NCBI GenBank assembly: GCA_011109175.1
Contig: RDEW01000011.1
Span: 242,193 to 306,192, forward strand
Reading direction: 5' to 3'
From: Dicyema japonicum
Lineage: Eukaryota > Animalia > Dicyemida
Length of the DNA: 64,000 nt
Shown here: one piece after another, positions 10,761-23,299 of the stretch
Position numbering within the stretch: the first letter of the stretch is position 1
Layout of the letters: each line of letters opens with the position of its first letter
Translations under genes and position numbers: made by a program
The notes under the pieces: model-generated
What the model saw: only the letters and a program-made list of their open reading frames with translations
Databases searched by the model: none
Told to the model about the DNA's origin: nothing

Positions 10761-11959
10761 AATTTAACTTTCTGGTCATACCCTTTCTAAATTTTCTAAG
10801 ACAAATTTAAAAATTACGAATTGTAACACTAATTTTCCCCCAGATAATTTCATTATTGCTATTCAAATAATAAAATCTCCTCAAAATTGAGGTTTTTGTC
10901 AATTACAAGTAAAGTTTTCCTTTTTTCCTGGCAAGTTCACATTCAAAATCACTTCTTTAGCATTTGTCTCCTGTCCATCGCTTTAGAAATATTTCTGTTT
11001 CAGTCACATGGAGAACTGATCACTTAATTAGTTGGTTTACTCCTTCTTTCTTGGTGTTCCCTTTTCGGGGTTAAATAAATAAATCAGAGTGAAATACTTC
11101 GAAGTGGGGATACCTGCAATGGCGTGCCTAGGGGGCTATAGGGGCAGTAGGGGGCAGCAGATCAAAGCCATAAAGCACACATTATTAAGTTATACTCACA
11201 GTGCTGAAGACTTAGAGCGCTCTGGTTTTATTTAATCGATGACAGATGCGCGTTCGCTGTGAATTCCCTAATCACTCTTCGTCATGAAGCGCAGTCAGTG
11301 ATATTCTCTTTGTTATGACGACGATGTCACCCTTGCGAAGCATAAAGTGTTTTGATTTTCGTGTGTATTGATTTCCTATAATTTAATCCGACAAATGAAG
11401 CGAATACAACCAACGGGGCTGAAAATCGCCGCAAAAAAAAAGCTCAGAGAAGCAGAAGATAATGCCACGAGAGGCTGTTCAGATGTGTGGACGAAGAAGC
11501 AACACGATCAATTGGATGTCGACAATTTTGAACCCACGGATGTCATCCAAGAGGGCATCAGAAATCCAGTTAACAAACAGCGCTACACTGATGGTGATAA
11601 TTCATTGCAAAATTGATTCCAGATTACGCTGATGCAAAATAACCCACAATGGTTCAATAAATTAAATATTATGCACCTCACTATTAATCAATATTTTATT
11701 TATTCATTTTATGATTTACAACATAATTTATTTAGTCACGGTTTTTTAAGATCCCCCTACACTATGGGAAGGCACGACCTTGGTGTTTTAAAAATGTTGG
11801 CACCGAACAGAGGAGGATAGAAAAGACAGATAACCAGAATCATCAGAGCACGACAACTTTATGATGTAATGCTTTTTTAAGAAATTGAGGAAATCAAGAA
11901 GGATTAAGGGCAACTCTAACCGCAATCTTTGTGCTTTAAATAGAACTTTTGCGCAGTAT

Positions 11960-12180
11960 AGTTAATGCAGAATAACCCATAATGGCTATTAATAACCACG
12001 ACCAAGGATCTCCTAGTTACGAAAAAAACCACATGCTGTTTATGGATGGCTTAAAAATATTCTCTCGAGAAGAAGACGCAACTATGAGGTTAACTCAATT
12101 TTTAAACCCGATGTACTTGAACGAAATGACCAAAAACCTGCTAATAGATCTGAATCTAATTTGCTTGACAATGTATGGAT
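11960..12180 (+). mobile_element. R4/Dong-like RLE retrotransposon RT fragment
   Basis: NHDQGS..NHMLFMDGLKIFSREE (YxDD-region equivalent), homologous to 37230-37310. Confidence 0.6.
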
Positions 12181-12229
12181 ATGGCAGTTCCTATTTTAGT
12201 TAGTTAGTTGCCCGGACCTCACTAACATG

Positions 12230-12890
12230 TAGGAGGCCGACTGGCATCAAGCGTCTAATTGATAGTGTTGGTGTTGCTGGTCCGGAGAGGATTTGATTGA
12301 TGATATCCCTAAGGGAAGGCAAAACTCTGATTTATCTCAGAGGTGATAATGTCCGAAGCATGATTCTTCTGGAATCTTTATTGAGGTTTGTTTCTGAGTC
12401 GTCTATAGGGGGAGGGGGTTATCCAGCAGGTGGTTTCTTTTTAGGCGACGAATGACCCTAGTTTACATGAAATCATGAATCGTCTACGTCATGGTAGACT
12501 TTTGATCTTCTTTAGCATTTGTCTCCTGTCCATCACTGTAGAAAGATTTCTGTTTTAGTCACATGGATAACTTTTCAAATATCTTCACTTCAGGTTGAAC
12601 AGTAAACTGTCGACAATCGGAAGTAAAAACCGTAATGATGGATTTCGAAGGGGAAGGAGTAAGTTGATTGTCAAGTAGCCACGTTGTTGGAATATCGAGG
12701 TGTGGTTGTAACCTTGTCGAGGATTTCTCGATGATATTGTGTGTTTGAAGCAATTATTAAATCATCTGCGCAAGAAAGAATAAGGGGTTCTTATTTCTCA
12801 GGGATATTCCTCAAATGAAGGTCGGGGGAGATGGCAGAATTTTGTGGAACCCTACATGATAAATATCTGGAATAAGATTTCTTTGACATC
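12230..12890 (-). mobile_element. Ingi-like LINE remnant
   Basis: VPQNSAISP, RLQPHL..WLLDNQLTPSPSKS..VFTSD motifs. Confidence 0.55.
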
Positions 12891-12894
12891 ACAA

Positions 12895-13745
12895 GAGTGT
12901 GATCCATTCTACATAAGGTGAGATCTGGGGAGGTATTTAAGTCCCCATGGCGTAAGGCGGTTCTTTCCGAATCGTCGGCCAATACAATGCAGTCGTTTCG
13001 AGTTTGCAATAGTTTATGAAAGAAGATTGAGGTTCCTGTTCCAGCAACTGCTCCATCTTTCCATGGAATTTCCACTGAGTCATATCCTTCCAGAATATAA
13101 TTCCTTCCTTCTCGAATCTTCGTCTCGTTGACTACCACGACATCTGCCTTGGCAGTCCTCATAAGTAGTGCTAGTTCATCATGCCTTTTCACCAAGGAGC
13201 GGGCATTCACCAGCACTAACTTTAGGTTTTTTTCAGATTTCTTTTTGGTGGCCTGGGCTCTCCATGGCCAGGTCCACCATTTCCCGTAAATCCACTCCTA
13301 GTGCATCACTTAATTCTTTCAGTCTTGTTATAATTCATTTAGTTCTTCTTTGATTCTTCCTGGTATCTTTTATTTGGTTTGCCAAACCGATTTCTTCGGT
13401 ATTAGCTGAAGAGAGCTTGTTAACCCTTGGAACAATAATTCTTTTTTCGTGTTAGTGTCTCAACTTTGTCGTCTATGACGTTCATAGATTTCAGATCTGC
13501 TTTTTGGACTTGGGGAATAAGCTTTCGCCTGGCCTCCATAAGCACAGGGCATCCTTCATACCTTGCACCGTGTTTTGCTGATCCGCAATTTATGCATTTC
13601 CGTTCAGAATCCATATCCATATTACATTTGGAGATGTCATGCTCTCCCGCGCAACGTAAACATCTTTTCTTTCCTGTGCACTGGTATGAAAAGTGACCGA
13701 TCTGCTGACAGTTATAGCAGATCGGCGGTCCTCTTCTCTTCCAAT
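12895..13745 (-). mobile_element. Jockey/I-group LINE 5' part: ORF1 with three CCHC knuckles and APE endonuclease start
   Basis: CYNCQQIGHFSYQC, CLRCAGEHDISKC, CINCGSAKHGARYEGC; LVNARSL..VVNETK..SPDLTL. Confidence 0.85.
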
Positions 13746-15543
13746 CCTTCCGAAAACGAATCAGTCCTGCCCTCCTTCTATTCGGAGTCTTATTCGCGAG
13801 AGGAATACTCTGAAGGCGAAGCACAGACGATGTGTGGACATGTGGGATAGGATAACTTTGAAAAATAATATCGATGCTATCCAAAAAGTTCTACAGAGAG
13901 CCTGGAAGTTGTACTCCGAAAACCAAGTTAGGAAAGCAGCCTCGAAAGTGCACTGGAAGAATCATTGTACTGGCGGATCAAGATGGAAGAACAATTCCCC
14001 TGGAAAGTGTACCGTCAGTATTCAGGAAACAATTAGAAAACATACAGGGAGTAGACCCCGCCAGTATTATATCTGAAAAATTCTCAGAAGAAATATCTAG
14101 TTCTATGGATTACTCCATAGACGATCTGAATAGTATGGTAGAGGAAATCACCTTGGCAGAAGTCAGGACTGCTATACGGGAGTGCAAAAACAAGGCTCCT
14201 GGATTTGATAGCATTCCGATGACTATGTTTAAAGAAGGATCCGATGAATTGCTATCTGTTCTACAAAAGATGTATAACGCGAGTTTCAAGCTCGGACATT
14301 CCCCTTCACTATGGAAGCAATCAATTGTATAGATGATCCCTAAACCCGGAAACTCGAGGAAAGATCCTCTTAGTTATAGGCTATGAGCCTTATCTGCTCT
14401 ACATCGAAGATTATGGAACGGATTTTTTCAAGAAATTGAATCAATATATAGAAAAGATCAATTTTCTACAGTGTTACCAATGGGGTTTTCGGCCAGATGG
14501 ATCGTGCGGAAATTGCATTCACTCTCTAAACTATGAGATTGCAAATGCTTTTGAGAAGAGGAGCCAGTTGAGCCTTGTCTGCCTTGACATCTCTAAGGCT
14601 TTCGACAGTGTATGGCACGAGGCCTTATTCTGTCAATTGGTTCGATCAAAAATTTCAAGACAAATGTTCCTATGGCTGAAGAACCTGTTGACTGGGAGGG
14701 TATCAAACGTGGTGGTTGGTGGAAGATATTCCGAAGATATATTGTTTAAAAGAGGAGTGCCGCAGGGGTCTATTCTAAGCCCTCTATTATTCAACATATT
14801 TATGGAAGACTTTCCTTCTCCACAGAGACGTTAGGACCAGGCTGATGATATATGCGGATGACATCTTAATCCTAGACTCATCTCTGAAGGCCTACATCTC
14901 TGAGCGACGAATCGGGGCTTTTATCGACAGAGTTCAGGTTTGGTGCGATAGGAGAGGGATGAAACTATCTACAGAAAAATCCAGTTACTTGCGAATATGC
15001 AGGCTGGGTCGACAACAGAGAGAGTATACGCTATGGATACCTAGAGTCTCTAGCCTGAAATACCTGGGAATTGCAGTGGATGGAAGAGGATCGTATCGGA
15101 AGGACATCGAGGAGCGGAGAAGAAGGCCGTTCAAGCGATGTTCTGCTCCAGAAAACTTATGTGGATGCCGATACAATGCTCTATATCTTCCGAATGTGAT
15201 TCTCCCAAGACTGATATACGGATGCGAAAGATGGTTTTACTCCCTCGAGAAAAAGGATTCTCGTTCGCCTGGAGAAAACAAGGCGAGCGGCGATAAAAAT
15301 ATCTCTGAGGAGGAAATTACATGAAAGCCTTTCCGAGGAAGAGAATAGCCTTGTCAGGCCGGTAAAAATAGATATCGAAGTAAGGTTGGGTAACCAGCTT
15401 TACAATACGTATTAAATGGACGACTACAATGGAGATGGGATACGTGTAAAGTGTCCAGGCCGCAAAGGCGGACACGATTAAAATCCCTTTAACTAACTCC
15501 TTACTTACTTTGGAATAAATTTGATTTGATTTGATTTGATTGA
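13745..15543 (+). mobile_element. Jockey/I-group LINE ORF2 (RT) with 3' end
   Basis: KAPGFDSI, QWGFRP, LDISKAFDSVWH, GVPQGSILSPLLFNIF, YADD, KYLGI; AATAAA followed by a (TTTGA)n tail at 15515-15543. Confidence 0.9.
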
Positions 15544-15984
15544 GGCGGTTCTTTTGTGTGAATGTGGATAATTCAAAACCATGAGGTTCTTTAATTCCAT
15601 TGATGTGTGGAAACCCTTTGGTCGGACATATCACGAAAATTAAAGAGGGTTTGTGACAACTAGATGGATGGGGAATGCACAAATTAATGACGGTGTCAAT
15701 TATCAATGTTGCACGTGTAGTGTCCGTTGTGTTAATGAAGAGAATTGAATCCCGCACCATAGTCAGTACAATTTCAACCGTTTGAGCCATTCAATTGGTC
15801 AGCATGTATATAGGAGAATCCTTTGAATCTTTGTGTTGATTTTGAAGAAATTAGACGAGCTTCTTGAAGAAGTAAGATGTCCACGTTGTGAGCAGTCAGA
15901 AACAGCACAAGTTCATCTCGTTTACTAGAGATTTCATTTGTAGACTATTAAGGCCTTTAAAAGGACCATGGTTATGTTCCACGT

Positions 15985-16300
15985 CTCCAGGAAGAAATAG
16001 TGACTTGAATAAAGGTAATTCCGTCTTAAAGTGATTTTGAATGTGAACTTGCCAGGAAAAAAAACTTTACTTGTGATTGACCAATGTCCTTCTCATAAAA
16101 TCATACTCACTTTGAAGTTCATAGAAATTCTTTTTGTCTCCAAGAACTCCCTTGTTGTTGCAATAAATGGAATCATAAATGCTTTAAGACGATCTCACGG
16201 TTTTAAAAATAAACGATATAATCGAAAAAATTGAGGCAGGAGAAAATGTCAGAATGTAATTAATGCAATCAGCCTCAAAACTGCTGCGAGATTTACTTGC
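15985..16300 (+). mobile_element. pogo/Tigger-like DDE transposase remnant
   Basis: KKTLLVIDQCPSH..IEILF..GIINAL motif. Confidence 0.5.
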
Positions 16301-16315
16301 TTGGAATAAATTAAC

Positions 16316-16538
16316 GGATCACCTGTAAAGTAGCCCCCCCCCCCGGCACAGGCCACAATATCCCCAATAGTGAAGGAATGTGTGTTTACCTGGGTACAAT
16401 CATTTGGTCGGATAAATGGAAAGGATAATCTCAATATTAACAAGTTTCTTGGAATTTCGAACACCTGACTGTAAATCATACTTTACGGTGGCTACTTTAC
16501 GGTTGTATCGAAAAGGGGGGCTGCTTTACATGTGATCC
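16316..16538 (+). mobile_element. Merlin (IS1016/ISXO2-like) internally deleted DNA transposon
   Basis: TIRs GGATCACCTGTAAAGTAGCCCCC / GGGGGCTGCTTTACATGTGATCC; internal GTIIWSDKWKG and FEHLTVNH motifs. Confidence 0.75.
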
Positions 16539-17395
16539 AAAAACTATTATCTACACGATTAGAAATTGTTTTCGGCGTATTTATTTATTAACCCGGATAC
16601 ACCGAGAAAGAAGTTAAAGTAAAAAACTAATTAAGTGTATCCAGTTTCCACTTTTACAGAAACAGTCCATCCGGAATCAACATAAAGGGTCCATACTTTC
16701 AGTTGTTGGAGCAAATCAGCAGATTTTGGAACCTGTCCCTGTATTATTTATATATTTTGAATATGTCCTCAATGATTGATTTAGAGTGAAATATATTCGC
16801 ATATAGTAGACAAAACAAAAAAGTGGGATTCCCTCATGGAGCAACGTTTGTAAGATAATTGGAAAAATGTGAAATTTTGCAGGTTACAATAAATTGCTGA
16901 TCAGTAGAAAATTAAAAAGCCAAAAGTTAAGGCTGATATCAAAAAAGGTTTTGAAATAACAAAATGTCGTTAAAATGATCTTTACTATGATATCACGATT
17001 GAGAGTCCTGTTATAACTTAGCTAGTTTCTATCCAATAAAAGTCTGATGTTTCTTTTGTGGTAGTATCTTCAAAGATTTGTATGGAAATGGTTGTATCAT
17101 CTGTAGAATGGTCAAGGAGTGGCATGGGCGGGTGGTCCCATGGAACTTGAGACACGCATTTGTAGAAGGTCAAAGATTAAAAGAGACGCGGGTAGTCCTC
17201 CTACACACACTGGCCCTCTATCCGTCTCTTGAATGGGCAAAGTTACTTCGATAAATAGTCAATTAGAGATAAATTTTCTTGAAAACATCTAAAATGTTAA
17301 TCACAATTATATTTTTAAAAAATTATATAATTTTTATTTATTTTAAATAAATTTAATTTAATTTGAATTAAGCGCTAATTTTGATAACACTTGAG

Positions 17396-17745
17396 ATGGA
17401 GTCTAAAAAGAGAGCTCGTTTAAATCCTGAAACAGAAGTATCTTATTAAATATCTATTAATAGGAAGATTCAAATGCAGAGAATTGTGAATCTAAGAAGG
17501 ATCCACCAAATTCTTTTAAAGTAACAGAAAATAATATTATAGCTATCCAATACTCGATTTGTTTCTATATCAGAATTTAAGGGAAAAACCTATGTTGATA
17601 TTAGGGAGTATTATCGCCCTGACGATACTTTAAAGCCAACAAAAAAAGGTTATATATGTCTTTATTCTAAGGAATTAGCCTATCAATTGACCAATGGAAG
17701 TTACTTTGTTCTCACGTTGACGAAATTAACGGTTTATTAAATTAG
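17396..17745 (+). CDS. SUB1: Transcriptional coactivator PC4/Sub1 (92 aa)
   Basis: Exons 17396-17437, 17464-17520, 17543-17648, 17672-17745 (introns of 26, 22, 23 nt) give ..RFVSISEFKGKTYVDIREYY..LKPTKKGISLSIDQWKLL.. Confidence 0.95.
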
Positions 17746-18059
17746 TTATTATTTGGTTACAATTTTTGTTTGCTTAAATAGGTTTTTTGTTCCATTTGAA
17801 ATTCGATAGTTTTATTAAACCTCCGAAGTGATTTAAATTAGTAAGCAGCTCTCGGGTTGTTTGCATTGTTGGCTTTAAAGTATAGTTATCCATCTTCTAG
17901 GATTTCCCTCCTCCTTTTTCGCTATCAAGGATGGTACGTAAGAAGGGAAGCGATTTGGATCACAAAATCCTCGATATTTGGCTCGACGAACATGAATACG
18001 AACTGTCCTCTTATGGTAGCGTATTTTTAAGGGTTTCGATTTATTAAAAAACTGCACTT

Positions 18060-18560
18060 ATACTCAGAGCCATATTAGCTATAGCTCCGATCAGGCAGGA
18101 CACAAAGTAAAGAACAGTTATTATAGCCAATCGATGAGGGAGAACCAAGGAATGCTCTTCAGGTGCATGTCCTATATAGAAGATTCGATTTATTGAAAAA
18201 CCCGTAATTAATCCATTTTAGCTTTGTGAAAATTCGGTATTTTTACACGAAGTGTATGCCATAATAAATTATTCATATTAGTTTAAAAATAAAATTTTAT
18301 CACTTAAGTGATCCTATTTCAGACAGAATTTTTTATTTCCCCGTTAATTGAGTTCGAATGGACTGACGGGTGATTTTAGTGACACATTTTGTATCTCTTT
18401 TTCACTAAAATTTTTTAACGAGTACCGGACAAATGTGTCTTCGGCCCCAGTTCGAATCTTGCTCTGTACATTCCGGCTGAAGGTTCCACGCATCTATGAT
18501 GCTTTCGCTCAACGACTGACGCTGTTATCAGTGAAAATTTCACTGCGGAACCAGACTCAC
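18060..18560. mobile_element. Two partial copies of the tRNA-derived SINE (3' end on minus at 18060-18162; head/body on plus at 18443-18560)
   Basis: caggcaggacac..agaaccaaggaatg and gttcgaatc..gaaggttccacgcatct..tcagtg..cactgcggaac are shared with 1435-1760. Confidence 0.65.
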
Positions 18561-19069
18561 ACTAAACATTGTTCCTGGGGCAGAATCTCCCACTTTGTCC
18601 AAGATTTATCTTTTTTCTATTTCTCCTCTTCCTTTTTTCCACTAAAGTGGCATCATGCAATTAACCTGTCTCAGGTCAAGCGCTATGGTGACACAACAAA
18701 AAATCATTTTGCACTTTCTCACTTCACTGGAAAGGTTCCCACAACTGTGAGTACTGGACGTTTTCTTCCCTGGATTGACTTGTGTGACATTATGCAGTCG
18801 TGGTAACTGGATACATTTAATTAGTCGTCAACTATTAACTCTATAAATATATTCGAGGTTAATGAATTAAATTAGATCGTAAGATGGAATGCGCTAGCAA
18901 ACTCGAAAACTGCTTACTAATTTACGAAGGGAAGAGCATTACAGGAATCTCGACCCGGCCGGACTCGTCCTCTCTCTTGTCAGTCAGGATCACTTAGTTG
19001 AGAACTTTAATTTTTTTCTCTTTGAACCAGTGATCTGGGGTAATAATAACAATAATTTATAACACTTTT

Positions 19070-20352
19070 TTCTTTATTTGTTTAGTAATGATTAGGGCCA
19101 GAAAATTGCAAATATTTCAAAAATTTACATTATGGAAAAATAAACGACATTATTGTAATACGAAATTAAATATTCCTGAACATTTTCAGGTTTAGAGTTT
19201 CGCATTTTTATTCAAATTTTCGTCAAGAGATATCATTGCCCTTTCAACCGAGGCTGAGCTTCTGAAACAAGAATACTCTTGATTTCTGAAGCTTTTTTGA
19301 TTTAATAATTTTTTTGCACCGATCTGATAAAAATCTCATGCTGTTCAGATCTGCATATGCTTTTTCAATTGAATAATCGAGTAGTTATGTATTTGAAATC
19401 ATTTTAATTAACATCAAATTTTGGTTAAACTTGAAAACAACATGGGAATATTAACTGATTCTTTGGCGAAACATTTTTGATTAAAACTTATCTCCTTCAA
19501 ATTCAGAGACAATTTTAATAATTTCTGGTAGATTCTGGGAGTAATATTTGGCTGCTTTTAGCCAGCTTGTGACAAAAACTTAGTGTGGATTTCCTATTTT
19601 TGAGAACATTTCCTAGCGTCGTTTGTTCTTCGCCGTGGCAGCCTTTAAAGAAGAAATCAAGTTATAAACATCTGTGAAGTAGGATTTTATTCTTAGAGCA
19701 CAATTGTGTAATAGAAGCGTAACACAAGTCACGTGGAAAAGATTTTGGTATATCAATTTCATTGATGCCCCAGCTAAAATTAAAATTATTCCTATCACTT
19801 TTCATACATCTTACGGCATCTGTGACAAATAAAACGAACTTTTCACGTTCGATTGAAAATTTCTTTATTATTTCACAAACTTCAACACAAACTGTTGAAT
19901 TTAAGTTGCTACACGATATCAGATGAAGATTTTTTCGGAGATTTTCCCAATCAGAGTAATTAAAAAGCGAGTTCGTTGACTTGAGCTTCACCACAAAACA
20001 GAGAAACATTTACCACTATTCAATATTTTCAAAAATAACATTAATTGCTTCTGAATAGTTTTATTTTACATTTCGATATTTTTTTATATTTGACCTTCAT
20101 GTAGATCAAATAAAGTAGAAGAGAAGAAATGATTTTTTGATCTCATTCTGGCAATATGTGAGTCTTGAGATAAGTGGATCACATTCGCCACAATAAGTGA
20201 ACAAGAGAAGAGTAGGAACATAACATAGGACGACCAAATTGCCAGGAATCGAACCAGCAGAGAATTATTAGTGCATGATATCAAATTCAGTCTAAGTATT
20301 TTATGTTTGCTGTTCATAATAGTAAAAACTGTGCAATTTTATTACTAACCCT
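19070..20352 (-). mobile_element. hAT-like (DUF659/CGGBP1-type) transposase remnant with imperfect TIRs
   Basis: FVLFVTDAVRCMK..YQNLFHVTCVTLLLHNCALRIKSYF; tagggc..aaaattgca and tgcaatttt..ccct at the ends. Confidence 0.65.
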
Positions 20353-20353
20353 C

Positions 20354-20740
20354 TTATGTTATGTTATCCAATAAGTCGTGTCCGACCCTTGGAGATCTCA
20401 TGAACAGGTTTCCTCCACTCTTTCCGATCCGTCGCAATTTTGAGTAGCCTTGATAAAGGCATTCCCGTGACGTCTTCCACCTTGGATAGCCACCGAGTCC
20501 TTGGTCGACCAGGTCTTTTCTTCCAGTAATATTGCTCAGCATAATAGTTCTTTCCAGGGAGTCAGAGCGGACAACATGCCCAAAGAACGCCAATCTGTGT
20601 TTTACGATTCTTCCTTCTAGCGAAATGTCCGTCTCCACCCGTTTGAGTACATCGATGTTTGTTATTTTGGAAGTCCAAGGAATTCTTAGTAACCTCCTCC
20701 AGCACCACAGTTCAAAAGCATTAATTTTTCGTCTATCTTC
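20354..20740 (-). mobile_element. RTE-clade LINE, 5'-truncated 3' end
   Basis: KINAFELWCWRRLLRIPWTSK..RLAFFGHVVRSDSLE; (ATAAC)n tail. Confidence 0.85.
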
Positions 20741-21101
20741 TCTTAGAAAAAGTTATTCACATGCAACGTCAAAACAGATTTTTATCATTCCCCCAGTCAG
20801 AGTATTCTAATGCTTCAGAACCCGTGTTAACAGTAAATGCAAATATCCTCTATACCAGTTTTCATTCAAAATGAGAATAGTTCCAATCAAAATGGAATAG
20901 TACCAATCAAAATGAGAAATTTTTGTGAGGTGTTCAAAATTTAATATAGATAAAAATAATAGTATTTTATTTTTATCTAAATGTTTTGGTGAAATGTTCA
21001 ACTGTACATTTCGGTTTACGGTTCCACGCATCTCGATACTTGGCTTGACGATTGACGCCGTCATCAGTGAACATTTCAATGCGGGACCGGATCGTCTATA
21101 T

Positions 21102-21875
21102 CAGTGCTTCTCAGAAATTTTTTTCCATGCGGCACACTTGGTGTAAAAAAATTTCCTCGGCACAACCTTAAATTTACTTTTTTTAAAGTTGAAATTAATT
21201 AGAAGTATTTAAAATACACTTTATTTATCGTTATTTTTTAATTGATGTTGCCGGCAAAGATTATCAATGTTGGGTCTAATTGTCGATAGCGCAACTCGCA
21301 TTTTTAACTCAACGTCTTTAAACAATTACGTTTATGAGTTTTAATATTTGCTAATGCTGAAAATCCAAGTTCACGTATATAAGAAGTAGAAAACATCAAT
21401 AAAATTTTCAACTCCTCGTCAGCTAAATTCATAAACTTATCTCTGATTTTCAGCCAAAATGAATCAAGTTCCATTTCAGAATATAGAAGTTTTAAGAAAC
21501 GATCATTATAATAATAATGACACCAGAGACCACGGTTACACAAACTAACTAATCACGTGATCCCAGCACGCTCTAGCAGGGACCTCATCTTGGCCTGATG
21601 CTCTTCCCTCGACCCCACACAAGCACGTATCGGTCGATTGACTGGATTTTCGCAGTCACGACGGCAAGTTCTATGGTTCATTCGTATCATGGCTTCAAGC
21701 GGTATTGGTGACTGAAACTCTTCATAAATCCAGCGTCCGTGACTTTGGAGGCTTCTTTCGGCTATCCTCGATCTTCGAAACATTTATCTAAGAGATTAAT
21801 GGGAAATACAAAAAAATAATGTATTTGCAGGCCACACCTTACAGGGTCTCGTGGCACACCGTTTGAGAAGCACTG
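21102..21875 (-). mobile_element. Non-autonomous Buster-type hAT, inserted in a SINE and carrying a nested LINE 3' end (21545-21790)
   Basis: Perfect 12-bp TIR CAGTGCTTCTCA; perfect 8-bp TSD GTCTATAT; FSTSYIRELGFSALANIKTHKRN. Confidence 0.9.
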
Positions 21876-21989
21876 GTCTATATAGTACATACACCCAAAA
21901 AAAGAAGTGAAGAGCATTCCTTGGTTCTCCCTCATCGATTAATTACTATAACCGTTCTTTACTGTGTGTCCTTAAAAGAAAAATTTGAT

Positions 21990-22600
21990 ATCACGATGTG
22001 AACTGGAAAAAGCCAATAGTCGAGAGAATGAGCAGAATAGAATTCACACAGCAGCTACTCTTTAAGGCAGTCAAGCAATACACCTATTCTGTTTATCTCG
22101 ATCAGAGGGGAGATCTCTACGTGGAACAAGGTGTAGTGTGATAGCTGCAGAGTCCGAAGGTACCAATATCCATATCATTTGATTTGTTGACAGTTTTGGA
22201 CTCTTACATAAAAATATACACAGAGGTAGGTTAAAATAGAGTGCTCGGAAGTGAGTCAGAGAATGCCTCAGGAAAGTGAAGGCTTACTACGGACGAACAG
22301 TGGTGCTTGTAATTGATAATGCCACTCCAAATTGAGATCATGTTGAAAGAACCATAATTTGTGGGGCATATCATCTTGAGACTAGCACCATATAGTCAAT
22401 GATCAACCCAATCGACGTGTCTGGTCTTTGTGAAAAGCGATATTGAAAGAAATTTGGCTGCTCAAATGACTAATGTGAACTGAAAAAAGGAATGGTGGTT
22501 ATATTGCTGAGAATACTTGAAGGGTTAGTCACAATGCAATGGATATGGTTAATGCAACTCTTTGTAGTGTGCCTCAGCAATAAGAGTGATTTAAAAAACT
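21990..22600 (+). mobile_element. Tc1/IS630-like transposase remnant
   Basis: VLVIDNA..HIILRLAPYS..INPI motif around 22300-22420. Confidence 0.55.
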
Positions 22601-23299
22601 TAAATTTTTATTTTTTGTAAAACTTAAAAAAGAGTTGAAAATTTCTCATTTTGAAATTTTCAACATATTGCTGCATATTTACGTATATCCGTCTCACTTC
22701 ATTCAAAAATGGAGAGTATGTGCATATAACAAAAATGAATATAAAGAAGCACTCAAAACATCTGGAATAGTTAATTCTGAGTGGGGAAAGTATTTTTTAT
22801 AATTATGTTTATTTAGCGAGATTTGGACCGAGCTAAAATTGGAAATTACCGAAATCTTACTGACTGGATCCTCTGGTCGTGAGGGATCTGCATCGTAGGC
22901 TTTAATTGGTCGGATGATAGCTCTACTTCATAGTTTGTTACGATCAGCAGATTTTTTCTTATTAAATTGCCACGTAAAGTAAATAACCAAGTATAAACAA
23001 CCACTCCTCAGAAGTTTTTTTAAGACGGTCGGTCCTCGACATACTTTAAGTCAGTTCATTCAGCAAGTATTCTATGAATTCACTGAGTTACAGATTTATT
23101 TATTTACCTCCAGTTCTTTCGAGTGAAAGAAACTGGTCGCTAACAAGAGCGTCAGAGTCAACCTGGAACAATGTTCTTTGGTGAAAGTACCGCTAGACTA
23201 AATGTTACAAACAAGAGAGTTAATTCAGCATACAAAAATAAATATTGTCACAATTGTCCTCACTTGGGATCGTCTGATGACATCTTTTCCACTCTGATT

